From Pavona decussata (Eukaryota): a stretch of 64,000 nucleotides of DNA. Shown here one piece after another: positions 23,701-36,736 of the stretch (position 1 is the first letter of the stretch; each line of letters opens with the position of its first letter). The DNA is taken from contig CDRNST010000008.1 in the NCBI GenBank assembly GCA_977016875.1, positions 1,736,001 through 1,800,000 of the forward strand, in the 5' to 3' direction. A program made the translations under genes and the position numbers. The notes under the pieces are model-generated. The model saw nothing but the letters and a program-made list of their open reading frames with translations. It had not been told where the DNA came from and did not search any database.

Positions 23701-25380
23701 TGAATTTACATACAACCGAACACAACACTTCACAAATTTCTATCTCTGGCCACAAAATGTAAACACTCAATTAACTTTAAAGATCCAAGGCAATTTCGTG
23801 GGTGAAAAGCAAAGGGTAAAATAGGAAACTAAAACTTTGTAATAAATTTCATTTAGGGTCCAGTGTGAGCGATAAGATTAATTAACCGGAACAAGAGTAG
23901 TCTTTATGTAAACACTGAAAATTTACTTACCCATATAGCCACTGAGGGTACCACAACACTTGACGCATTTAATTTATATTCACTTAGATAAAGCCAAAAT
24001 AGCAACTTTAGCAAGATTAAAAGCTTCTTCTGACATTATAAAATGCTGACAGAAGCTGCCGTTTGAATGTAGAAAATGAATTACTTTGCTGACAACGCTG
24101 ACAAGATTTAGGTCACACACTAAGCAACCAAAATCATTCACATGTATCGAGTTTCATTCAGCAAGAACATGATGCAAGGAAAAAAAACGGACGTTCTTGG
24201 AAAAAAAAACGAGATGCTTTTTTTGTTTATTGGAAACCACGTAAAACCATGTAAAGAACGTACACTTCCATCTTTGTCTTGCTTCGCGTATCGAAAGGAA
24301 TCAGAGTGCGTGTGTAATTTAATTGTTTTACGTGCTAAGCAAATGACTTTATACATAATCCATTCCCGCAATGCAGCATGGCGTCCACGAATCCTTGTAG
24401 CATAGTTTGATGTGAGCACTGCTTTACGATTACCACTATTCACTTTTGCATTCACAAGCTGGCTCACAGGAGCCCTTGATATAACTTAATGTAGTGTATT
24501 TGCTCTTGTTAGCACCTGGTTTAATGAGAGATTTGATAGAAAATTGCTTAATTACTTGAGTATTTCCTTGCTGTAATTAAAATAAATAAGAAACTACGGA
24601 TATCACGTCATTAAGTTACAAGTACTGAAAAAGAAACTGCTAAACTTTATGTACAATGTGTAAGGAGCATTAAAAATAACCTTTATCCTGGTAAGATTTT
24701 ACTGAATAGCTATTGTGTCTCATGTCATTAACAGATGGTAGAAGTGATGGAGGGGTCAGGAGTATACTGGTACCCTCACCAGCGAGCTTACTGCTCTGCA
24801 TTCAAGGCATGGGCTGGGTACATCAATGTTGTCATTGACACTTCCTTTACTAAGGAAGCTCTTGCTGTCTCTTGTGCGAAGGAAATGAAAAGAAGAGCAG
24901 AAATGGCAATGGCCACCAGCCCTTGAATCCCCTGGTCATTGAAGCTCTAATTGGTAGGTTGTAATTTATTTGATCAGCTAGTCTTAAAGAGATTTACCCT
25001 GCTAGCAGAGGCTCTTTTCCCATCAGGAAAAGAGCGTCTGCTAGCAAGGAAAAACAGCTTGAGGAAACTTAATAAAGTAAATAAACTACCAGATGTCACT
25101 CGGTTTTTTGGAGGTATTTACCACATAACCATAACGTTTAACTACAAAAAATTATGTTTTAGCATTAGGTTATTGTTGACATTGAAAGTTGTTCCATTAC
25201 AGGAACAGAGACTGGTCCACAACATACTTTTAACTGCTAATTTCTTTATGTTTTTTAGGGAAAGTTTGTTCAAAGCTTGCCAAGGACTTTCCATTACCAA
25301 GCCAAGTGGTACAGAAAATTAACATGAAATGTGTGGAGGCAAGAAGACCTCAGCGAGTAAGAGCTGGAAGACAGGAATAA
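20790..25380 (+). pseudogene. BEN-domain protein pseudogene, ~5 exons (20790-20844, 21683-~22457, ~23190-23272, 24735-24953, 25259-25380)
   Basis: Canonical splice sites; K/E-rich and low-complexity N-terminus; C-terminal IDTSFTKEALAVSCAK...PLNPLVIEALI|GKVCSK...VVQKINMKCVEARR fits the BEN pattern. Frameshifts present. Confidence 0.75.
22545..22705. mobile_element. Tc1/pogo-type MITE with TA TSD
   Basis: TA|CAGTTGAGCCTCC...GGAGGTTCGACTG|TA. Confidence 0.8.
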
Positions 25381-25926
25381 ACATTTTTTAGTTGTGCCAA
25401 AGTGCTAAGTTTGAGAACAATTGAGATTTTCCCGTCATAGATTTGCTATACAGCTGCATTTTATCTTAGGATTTACTCATCTCTCATATCAGTAGTTCTT
25501 ACAACATTTAACTATTTTGACTTGTAATTTATCAAAGTGTCATTGTTTTCACTTGTATTAGATATCAAGATTTAAAGTCTGTTTTTACAATAGCATGGCT
25601 TTCAAAAGTTTTAAAACGGTCAACAAAAACATTAAAGATGTGTGTAGAATATATTTAAAAAATGGCTTGGTTGTATAATAAATAGGGTATAGATTTTTGC
25701 ACTCTAGTCCTGGGTTGGTTTTTTTTTTTTTCAGAAGAAGCTACTTCTTCATCATGATGTTTACGGGTTTCGGGTTAAAGGGTTTGCATTTGCGTTTCAC
25801 ACCAAAATGGCGAGTGGAGAGCATCAGTTAATACTTTCGCAATCGACCCTATGTTGTAAACCTCGGGTTTACAGCAACTGTGTACGTGCCACAACGGCTT
25901 GTCACACGCTCCGGTCACGCGCCGTG

Positions 25927-28338
25927 TGTTACGCCACAAAATGTAATAACTGACACAAAATGTAATAGTAACGCAAAATGTAATACCTTTTGACGCAAAA
26001 TGTAATAACTTTTGACGCAAAATGTAATAACTTTGTTAACGCAAAATGTAATAACTTTTGACGCAAAATGTAATACCAGAAAGTAACGCAAAATGTAATA
26101 ACGCAAAATGTAACAGTATTTTCAGTCGGTCTTTACAGTATGTTGGGAGGGGAGGAACACAGCATCTGCGATGTTGCATTTTACCTGGAGGTTGACTTTG
26201 ATTATTTTTCTGCAGATATTTGATTTCTGCCGAGCTTCACTGAGGGTCAAAGGATTATCCAAGTGACAAATCTGTTTTGAAACTGAACTAAACGAAGATA
26301 GTTTTATTGCGAATCACCAGACATTGTTGTTTTCAAACCAACGGAGCAACGAACAGTAACAAAAAATTTCTTTACGTGTCAAACAACAATTAAAATGCTT
26401 TTAACAGAAACTTCAACTCTTTAGTTATAGAAATTTGTCAGTACATAATCTAACGATGAACCGCTGTCTTTGATCCAATCGTCCTCAATCTGAAAACCCT
26501 CAGTCTCACAACTTTTTAACAGCACCGTCGAATTCCCGTCCCTGATCATGTTGAAGGACACGGGGAGGACCATGCTCTTTGTAAATTGTAGACATTGCCT
26601 TTGTGATCGAGCTGCTTCTTTTTCCTTCCAGTGGAACAAGCCAGTGGTACCGGCTAAACACATCCAGTAATGACAGCACATATTTAAAGGCTCTTCCCCT
26701 TCTCTTTACAGGAGTACTTTCCATACTTACTTAGTCCACTTGATGACGGGATTGGACAGTTCTAGCTCGTATTGGCTTTAAAATAGCTTTGTTTTGAAAT
26801 TGTACGTCTAGCCGTTGATGCAGACGAGACTTTCCAAGCACACATCTTACATCTCTTTCACCCACGCCACTGCATACGTCTTTTAAATGGTGGTAGACTT
26901 TTCTCACACCAGATCCTTTAGTTTCTTTGAAAGCTTTTGCTACTACTTTCGATACAGTTGACTTCCGTAAAACTGGCTTACCATCAAAGCATACGTTGCC
27001 TTTTTGAAGAGATAAATGGCCACGGTTCCGCCAAAAGCGTACGATAGCAGATTTCTGCTTTGTGCTCCTTTGTTGCAAAGGGACGTTAAATTCTCCTTTT
27101 AGTAGCTCAAGAAAAGTGCTGTATGTCTCGTCGTCAAGTGAAGATATAGCATGTATATCAGGCACATTGTTTGCAATAGTTACAAGAAGAAACGCGGAAC
27201 AGAAGAAAGTTTTCATGGTCGATCTTAGCAGGACATATAATAGCAATGATATTTGTCCAGACAGTAAAGTAACGTGGTATTTAGTTTCAACTTTCGAAAC
27301 ATAAACACCAATCAAAACTGCGTTGCTGGGCAAACTCAAGTTTATTCCACTGCGGCTCTAAGCCAATCAAAAGTGCGTTGCCCGGCAAATTTGTCATTGT
27401 ATTTTACCGTGGTAAATGATCCTTTTCCCGTGAGAAATTTGGTGTGGTGCATGTCACCGTACTTTCCCGAGATAAACTTACCATGGAGAATATCCATTGA
27501 TATGTCAAAAAGAATAAAAAAAAGCTCCCATAACATTTAACGTGGTAAATAAATAGGGTTTTTCGATACCCAAGGCAAGAAAGCCAATCGCGATATTTCA
27601 TTTGAAACCAACATGAAGCCGCAAAAAAAAATGTTAATTTAAACAAGTCTCTTTTGCTTCGGGCTATTGTTGGTATATCAGATTTCACGTTAAGATGGAA
27701 GTTACAGGGAAGAGAAGAAGAATTTCTTCAGCTTCCTCAATTCATGTTACTAGTCACTCCCCCGCCATCACCACAACTTGGAAAATGTTCCGCCATCCTT
27801 GATAACATCAAATCTTGCCATATCGCCAGCGATTATTTCCCCTACAGCTATTGTAGCTCGAATGAAGCCGTAAGAGCGACTAATTTACCATAATAAACAA
27901 TTCACGTGTAACCGCATGTTACAACGGTAAAATTTACCGCGGCTTTATTTAGCGTGGGAAATGACTTTTAAGATGGTCAATCATCGCGTACTTCTTTTTT
28001 GATGCAATTTGAATCAGCAGAAATCAAATATCTGCAGAAAAATAATCAAAGTCAACCTCCGGGTAAAATGCAATATCGCAGATGCTGTGTTCCTCCCCTC
28101 CCAACATACTGTAAAGACCGACTGAAAATACTATTACATTTTGCGTTATTACATTTTGCGTTACTTTCTGGTATTACATTTTGCGTCAAAAGTTATTACA
28201 TTTTGCGTTAACAAAGTTATTACATTTTGCGTCAAAAGTTATTACATTTTGCGTTACTATTACATTTTGCATCAAAAGGTATTACATTTTGCGTTACTAT
28301 TACATTTTGTGTCAGTTATTACATTTTGTGGCGTAACA
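25927..28338. mobile_element. TIR DNA transposon encoding a retroviral-type integrase (Ginger2/KRBA2-SCAND3-like), 6-bp TSD
   Basis: TGTTACGCC...GGCGTAACA termini; TIRs at 25927-26230 and 28017-28338; GCCGTG on both flanks (25921-25926 and 28339-28344). Confidence 0.92.
26506..27216 (-). pseudogene. rve-family integrase/transposase, truncated
   Basis: RHQVD*VSM (first D, followed by an in-frame stop), KYVLSLLDVFSRY, GPPRVLQHDQGREF (second D). The ORF stops before the catalytic E. Confidence 0.88.
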
Positions 28339-28570
28339 GCCGTGCTCTACAGGTTTTTGAACTGAAGTTCACCAGACACTATAAACTGGGAAACTAGAGC
28401 AGCCAGTGAATAATCTGAGGAAATACAGTGAAATATTTTATTAACCGAACATTGCATTACAGTGAGATTGAGAATAAAATGGTTATTTAAAGGATAATGC
28501 TTAACATTCATGTCAATTGAATCTCCGGAAAGTCGTTATAATGACAACTTGGCCAGATCGTGTGATCCTA

Positions 28571-29114
28571 TTACTTGCCCGGGATTACTTGACACCAGAT
28601 ACCAAGAGCTTTGATTTCTGTGGTAAGTTTCTTTGCTTCGCCTGGAGCAAGCAGCAATTCCAGAGATACTGGCATGTTAATTTCTCCACCTTTTTTCCAT
28701 AGATCTTTTTGATCGTCGAATGGTTTTCCTGTAACAATGCTGTGAGGTAAGAAACGATTAAATATTCTTGTAAGATTTGAAATATGTATATAAATATTCA
28801 GCAAGATGACACCCTGCGGGAAACACATATTATAAAAGAAGTGTATGAGAAGGAAGGTCTACATACCATTTTGAGTTACTCAGTTGTCTCGCTAAAAGCC
28901 AAAGATGGGCTACAAGTTCTCGTTGCAAATGTCCAAGCTCCCCTCTATTGTTGCAAATCTTGAAAGCTGTACCTTTTAATCCGATCGTGCTTGTAAATTC
29001 AAATTACTCTCCAATGTCCACATCAAAGAAGCACTCTTGATATCGTTTGACGACGCAACGTATGATAACTTTGACTTCCTTGCTGTTTTGTTTTGAGAGG
29101 GACGTTGTAGCCAT
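28571..29114 (-). pseudogene. Small HIRAN-like domain gene, 2 exons (29114-28867, 28739-28571)
   Basis: IRCVVKRYQ.C...GE*F...AFKI.N.RGELGHLQRELVAHLW...KC|IVTGKP....KGGEINMPV; in-frame GT-AG splice; one premature stop. Confidence 0.65.
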
Positions 29115-29548
29115 TTTAACTGATTTAAATCCGCGGTTGTATAGGCTCTGGATTGCGTAAACAGATTTTATGGTGGCCAACTGCAGAACCGGATAAAACC
29201 ATTTGATCCTTTAATTTAGAAGCTAATTGCTTAGGGCAATATTACTATTACCATCAACTGTTAATTATTTACCATTGCAAATTACACATGTTTCCCTCTC
29301 AGGTTTCCTAGTATTGAGACTCGGTTTAATTTCACCAATCTCGCAATCCAAAGAAATGAAAATACCCATTAACTACAAATTAAATGGTAGAAATGTTGTT
29401 GACAATAGAATTATGTCAGTTCCCAGGTCGCGGATAAACAGATTCTACCTGCTAATGAATGTCCCAGTGCAGTTGAAATTTAATGATCTGGTCTCCCTCT
29501 AAGAATGTCCATAAAGAAACCAATTTTGTTCATCAAAATTACAGCAAC

Positions 29549-32500
29549 ATGGGAAAAGATAAGAGAGGTATTTTACGAGGCCAATGTTCTTTGTGCGACT
29601 GCGATGAATTCGAAAGCAGTGGAGTACGCTGTGGCTATTGTGGTCACACCCCAATGGACCACCTCCCATTGGAGCAAGTAACAAAGAGGTTGAGAGCTGA
29701 GAATTTGCTCCCAAATCAGATCGAGGTCGTTGAAAGCCAACTGCACCCAGCCGATCGACAAAGTTCTTCAAAGTCCATAGACAATGAAAATGAATCCGAA
29801 GAAATCGTCAAAATTGTTGACCTTGAATGTGAGACACCTACTGGAGTGCAAAAATGTTCATGCGTTCAAGAAGGCAACAGAAATGGGAGCTTTGCACACT
29901 GATCCTGAAAACACTGACGAAGAGATGAGAAGTTTGCAGAAGCGAGTGGATTCGCTAACATCAGACAAACAGGTCTTTGAGATTCGAAGAAGAAATGGAA
30001 GAGTGGTAGCTTTCTGCAACATATGCACAACAACCATTGCTACAGGTGAAGGTCATCAAGGCCTCTTCTGTATCAGACAGCATATGGCCACCCAAACGCA
30101 TAAGACAAACTTAGAAATCACTCACTCTAAAGAAAGTGATCCAAACCCTCCAAAGGAAAATTGATGAGCAGTTCCCGCGGCAGTTTTTACCTAGAAAGAA
30201 GTCGGTTGTTTGTCGTACATGTCACATAGAGCTACTGCTATTGCACAAGGCCGCGCTAAACAACATCAGGCAGCACGCCAATAGCGCAAGCCACCAACAA
30301 AAAGTAAAGAAATTGGGAAAAGCGGCTACAAAAGATATTTCCTCGTTCTTCAAGAAGAAAGGCCAATCGGTGGAGACTGATTCCCGGTGATCCAGGCCGG
30401 GGAAACAGCTTTGTCTTGGATACTATAAAGAAACTATTGTATATAAAAAGGACAATCAGTCTGTAATTATAAAACCTAGATTACTGCTTGATGATTTGAA
30501 ACCCGGAGAAGATAAAGGGAAAGTGTCATGGTATCCCAAACCACACGTTATTGTTCATAAGCCTGATGCAGCGGGGTATGTAGAAATAAAGGGGACTTTT
30601 AGAAGTGCTTTAGAAGATGATAGGTGTTCAGCCTGTACAAATACACCAAAGTTGGAGTCTTTCAAGAAGCGTTTGATGCGACAATCGGAGAAGACTGACG
30701 GGGAAAGAGATATATTACGGATTAGGAATGACTATCTCTCTGCTGAAGAAATGGAGCAAAAATTGAATGCTCAGAAGCAAAAGCTTGACATGAAAGACTC
30801 TACAATTTTTTTTTTATCTCTGCTAAAAATATTCAACTGAAGTTCCGAGCCAGAACAATCAGAGAAAAGTTAGCAGAGTTTGCACGACATGGCTCGATGA
30901 AAGCCATTTGATATAATTTACAAAAGGCTGCTGATAATGGACTTCTTAAGGACAGGAACACACTAAAAGGATTGTTAGAGACAGTATCTAAGAACTTTCA
31001 TGTGGAGAAAAATGGCAAACGTTATCAGGCGCCATTTAAATTGTTTCTGGAAGTGTTGTTGTTCTGGGGAGGCCCCAGAATCGCCAATTCTGTTGCAAGA
31101 AATCTTGGGGGGCCTGAGATCCACTCCATTTATTGTTGGCACAACCAGCATTGCACAGAGTTAGACGGGGGCATCAAGGAAACTAACTTTAAGCAGTTGA
31201 GCGTGCTTTACAAGGAAGCTATGGCTAAAGAGAAAGTGGGTCCTGTTCCTGTACTGGCAGCTGAGGACGAAACAGGTATCATAGGCCAGATTTCACACAA
31301 CCAGAGAACGGATGAGCTACTTGGATTCTGTGGAGTTAAAAGAACTGAGCACAAATGCTTGGACTATTTCACAGTCTCTGTTGGAGATGAAAAGGAAGGC
31401 TATCCTTAACGCATTCGAACAGTGCAAGATCGGTACATACGGAAGGGCTATCTTGCTGAATTCTCTTCACCCAAAGCTATCCAGAATTGCAGTCCTTACG
31501 ATGCCAACCTGCAACAAATTTGATCACACATTTGTTTACCGCCAGTGGCAGGACGTGGAGCGACCCTTTGATTGGCCATAGCTCAGACGGGGATTTCAGA
31601 CGAAGGAAAATCATGTTGCAGCTCGCCACAGTCACTGCTGGTAACAGATTTCAACCGATTCCTCGTAACGAAGGATTTGTCTTTTCATGTAGGAAGGAAG
31701 AAAGTGGGAATGACTGTGTTATCCATGACATGTGTGACCAGGACTTTATCCACAATCACAAGAAGCTATTGAATCCCCTGGATCACGCTAATCGCGTTCT
31801 AATGATGGGAAACTTCCTGGTCCACATGAACCACATCCAGCTGGTATATGAATCTTGCCCTGTCCTTGATCATGGTTTGGGGCTTGGAGATATTGATCGT
31901 CGGGATAGGCAAAACTGGAGATCCACCCAGAAGCTGACATTCCCGAAAGTTTGACAATGCATCCAAATGCTGATCAATGGCGCACTACCGGGTACTCACC
32001 CTAATGCCAAGTTACTGGGAACGCACACTTACCTTCAGGTTGTGTGGTATTATGTGGAAATCTTTTGTAGCGAAGAAGCGTCACTGTCGACGAGAATCAA
32101 GTATGCTGCAATCGTTAACCATTTCCTAGCAATTTCGTGAAACTTGGTGTACCGCAATGATCACCTCACGTTGGCAACAAATTTTATTACCAGAGAGACG
32201 TACACTGACGTATTGCTTTCTTGCCATTTCGCTGTTAGGCTGATTTGTTACATGAGGGACAACTTCCCCCAACAAGAGTGTCGCCTAGACCTCTCTAGAT
32301 CTGAGCATATTTGCTTAGCGAGGTTAGTTGGAATGGCATCAGAGGGCAACGGAAACGATCATCTAGATTACGGTGGTAGTGATGGTCGCGATGGTAGTGG
32401 TACACACAACTGGTTTTGGCGCCCATTTGACTTTCCGGGTAACACCTTTAGTGAATCCCTTGATGACAACTGCAGCTTGCCTACGTCTGGTGATGAAGAA

Positions 32501-33890
32501 GAAACTTGTCTTCTCGGACCAGAAATCGCAGGTAGGTGAGATTAGGTTTTGGTGTAGGAAACCATTTAATATTGAATCAAAGTATCGGACTTGATCTACC
32601 AGGCGATGAATCGTTACAAGAATTTTGATCTCATATGCCTATTGCACACTACAAAGAAAAAATTTTTTAATGGTTCTCTTATCGTGGGTATTATAATACG
32701 TGGTTAGAACATGAACAGGAAATTTTCATTCATTTTACCCCCTGCAACGAAATTAAAGCTTTGTGATTATTTCTACATTACCATTTCTCAAAAAACTCTA
32801 ATAACGTCTCACTTGTGACAGAAGGTTACTGGAAAACATTGTTGGCTAGATATTATTCATAGCTGAGCAGAGCTTAAGAGAAATTTATATTCTTTCGTTA
32901 GAAGACGTGTTACAACACCGTTGTGAAGGCAATGGAATGCACTCCCTGTCTGAAGGTCTAGACCACATTGAAAATCCATATGAAGTTCTTAAACATCCCC
33001 CATCCCTACCGTGTGGACAAAGGCAGCTCCATCACCCGAGAGTCACCATACCTGAAACAGGAGGCGAAATATACAAAGCAACTCTGGTGTCTCTCTTAAA
33101 TGAGGATCCACAGTTATCCAATGACAGGTACAAAATTTTGCCTATTTTAAAACGCTAAGGAAACCTTAGTCACTTCAGTTAATCAATTTAAAGCATGAAT
33201 AACAAATATATGATATTTATGTTAAATCATATCCTTCAAACTAACCTTTTAAGACTGGTGAGAGTTCGTCAACGACAAGAATATTACCGCGGAACAAGTA
33301 TTATTGTTGGCAGGAACAGAAGCCCCAATAGCACAGGAGTTGCTTTGTTCGATGATTACGCTGTTGTAGACAGGCAGAGTCAGTCTTTCTTCATCGGGAG
33401 TCTCTCTCGCATGGTGCACGCAGGCAGTCATGGGAGGCAAGAATATAAGCGCACTGTGGCCTATGATGATCCAAAGAGGGAATCTATCACTCGCTACTTT
33501 CAAGTTTATCAAAACGTCGAGGAGTATGATCATGATGGCATGTACAAGATAGCGCTTCAGAGTTACGTCAATTGCCCTTTACTGACATCTTAACTCAAGT
33601 CAATCTGACTGTGTCCGAGGACGGAACCCTTCCTGTGCCTGACGACGAGCTGACTGAAATAAGAAGTGGTGTAGCAAGAGTTTTTGAGTCCCAACGAAGA
33701 CGAAGACGTGCAACCACCACCACATCTGCTCCTCGTACAGATGGAAAAATGTTGCACTCACTCACCCACGATGAAGGAATCGTAAGGCTTCAAGTCCAAC
33801 CTGAGCAACCAAGTCATGGGGGTCTGCGGAGATCAACTAGAGTAAGAACTGCCCTTTTGTATGATCCTCGAAGGAGATATGTCACACTGA
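29549..33890 (+). pseudogene. Large P-element-like DDE transposase with N-terminal Cys/His zinc fingers
   Basis: CxxCxC...CxxCxH, two C2H2/U1-like fingers, then AEDET, GFCG, SSDGD..RR, DQDFIHNHKK (DxxH), DRQN, GTHTYL, NFITRETY.D. The E region appears deleted (~32295). 3' exons at ~32901-33127 and ~33253-33890. Many frameshifts. Confidence 0.65.
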
Positions 33891-36736
33891 TGATGAAGGA
33901 ACTTGAAAATTTAGTAAATTTTATTAAGGTTGTCATTTGCAGTCCATCTGACTTGATTTCAAGAGAACTTTGTATATCGCTGGAATATTTTGTGTCGTTA
34001 CACAGCTTCATTGACGTGGATTAGGTCAGTAAATATTGTAGTAACAGCTTTCGTACTCAGATATATACATGTAGGCGAGCTAAATTCCATAAATAATTGG
34101 TTTATTGAAAAATCTGCGTATATGTTAACGTTCACATGCATGAGCGAAGGTATACTCATAGTTGTCATACTATTGATGTAGAAATGAGTGAACGCAGTAA
34201 ATTTGACTGTTGAATTTGCGTCACCAGGGTAAAGATCTCGATCTATTTTTACTTTGAAGAAATTATGAAACAAGATTTCAAGATTTCACGAATAGCTGTT
34301 TGAGCTTCTCATTTAAACTTCGGTAGCGCAAATGGCTAGACATGTTTCAATGGTTTCAGTAAATCTGTATTTACCATTAATTTATCACCTGCTGTATTAT
34401 AGGACAGACACCGCTAAGTGCATTTTCTGTTATACACTATGTTTTAAAGGTGGTCAGTTCGGACTTCAGTTGCAAAATGACTGGAACTTGGGATGTAGTT
34501 GATAGTTTCAGTAAGAAGTGTTCATTAAGTAACTAAGTAAATAATTTGATTACTTCGTAATATGATTATTGTCCAATAAGACAGTAATCAGGACGTGTAT
34601 TTTCTATTTTTATCCCCGGATTATACACAATATTTAAGCTGTTCAGCCCACAATTAAGTTGGATATGTTTCATAGTTTAAGGAAGTATATTAATTTGTGT
34701 GAATATTCATATCATCAACTGCTGCATTAGTACACAGCAATTAATTCATATTCCTGTTGTTTCTTTTATGCGAAGGTTACAGTTTGTAAAATACATTTTC
34801 GTTTTGTTCCTGTAGATAGTATATTGGTCGCTTTAAGGTAAGGATGTATTCTGTAGTTATGACGGCACATAATGAAAGCCGCGTTATAGTGTGGAATTGT
34901 GAGCTAGAAACTTTTTACATGCAGTCTTGTAAACTACCTAATAAAAGCAGATAAACATTGCCTTTAACATTGTCCTGAACTAGGGAAATAATTATAAGGC
35001 AGGTCTGAAACAGGGTATTGATTTAACGGTCAGGTCATAAATTGGGTATCAAATTTTTGGTCAGGTCATAAATGGGGTAGGGAAAATCGCAGATTCTAGT
35101 CATAAATAGGGTAAGAGTTTTGGGAAGCGGGCCGCACACCCCTACCCAATTTTTTTGGGAGTACCAACCCCCCCCCCCCCCCGGATTTCAAGCATGCACA
35201 GGTTATATTTTGACTAATAATAATGCCCTGCAGGCTTGTCAATGAAGATACAGCACCAGCACTACTCTTAAAATGTATAGCAATACCACACACCAGTAAT
35301 ATGCAAAGATGTAAATGAAATATTTTGTTCATGAATGATATAACCAATTTTTCTTTAGGGAAAATCTCAAGATTCTTTTGAGGGATGTGAATCTACAAAA
35401 GAAAGTGCTAAAGCAAGAAGGGATTTTTGTTGATGGCGAACACCACAGTGTAGAGTTTGTTGGTAAGATTTTGTACGATGTGCTTGAAATACTTTGCAAT
35501 TGGTTCTTTGGGATGGCATTTGAAAAAACTAAGTAATGGATAATAGTAAGCTGGTTCCAATTCGATGATAATCAATATTATTGGGAATGTGTAATTTGGT
35601 TGTTATTACAATTTCATGGCCACTAATGCCCAGCAGCTAGTTCATTATCTTGGTTGGTAAGATTATTTAATTTTCTGGTATAGAAAATGACATTTAACAT
35701 TGAGGTTCATTGGTCTGAAATCAACCAATCAATCTGGCCACTCTTACTGCTGGTCATCCATCTGGACAGCATACAGAGCAGAAAAATAATAAATTTATTT
35801 GTTTTCCTATGTAAGTTACCTTGGACTACAAGACCTTGCTCCTCCTTTTGGTGAAAAAAGATGATGAATTTGTATTTGGTGGTAGAGGTGTTAACGTTGA
35901 GTTTTGTTTCATCTGCAAAGCTATCAGGGTAAGTAGCCATTATGAGGACTTTGTGTTTTAATCTTAAGCTCATCAAGTAAGGGTGTCATTTATCCAGAGC
36001 TTGAGTTAAATTAACTGATGCTGTCTGTTGTCAATGACTGCCCAATTGTACTTTACATGTCGTGTCTGGATGGTCAAATTGTAGATGTGAACAATTAAGT
36101 CACCATGTTGCTTGTACATGCCACAACCAAAAAAAGCATATAGCCCATGAGCAAGCAATATGTAGTTTAAGGGAAACCATTGAAAAAACATGGTGGCAGC
36201 TTAGCAATGTTTAACTTGCACTGATTGCAGCTGTTGTGGTAGATTAACAAGAAAATTACCTTCAATTTTATTTCAAAAATATCAACAAGATAAAAAGTAA
36301 GTCCGATGTTAGTAACTGTCTCTGAATTTATTCTTAACGGGATCTATGCCATGCTATTTTTAGTATCATTTTAAAAAGCTTAGGGATGTCTTTGCATCAA
36401 TGGAATCCCAAAAATAATGGTATAGTTTTGTTACCGAAGACTATATTGCTGCCCTGAAACTGTTTACTGTCGTCTGTCACTGTGGATGGCAAGGATGGAA
36501 ATGGTGTTATTTTGGGGAACTCAAAATAGTTAATTTCCCGAGGTTAACAGGGTGGGTCACATGATATCGATCTCGTATTTCAAGGTCATTGTGCATTGTT
36601 GTTTCATTCTTATCTTAATTCGTGTTCAGCTAGCACTCTCCATAGTTAGGTCGATATTTTTGTTTAATTTAAGTCCTAAACGCTTATGTCTCAGTACAAT
36701 TTACGATCGCTTCCTACTCGTGATTATGCGGCAATG

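Noticed and set aside
25935-26115. CRISPR-like array (AAAATGTAATAAC repeats, mirrored at 28130-28330)
   Set aside because: The units are short with repetitive, non-unique spacers, lie inside TIRs of a eukaryotic transposon, and there are no cas genes.
27342-27536. Second gene in the integrase element
   Set aside because: It is short, has no domain, and overlaps duplicated CCAAT-type motifs, so it is more likely promoter sequence.
34403-34840. Possible upstream exons of the RAG1-like gene (D600 region)
   Set aside because: Splice-like signals are present, but the translations show no convincing D600 motif.
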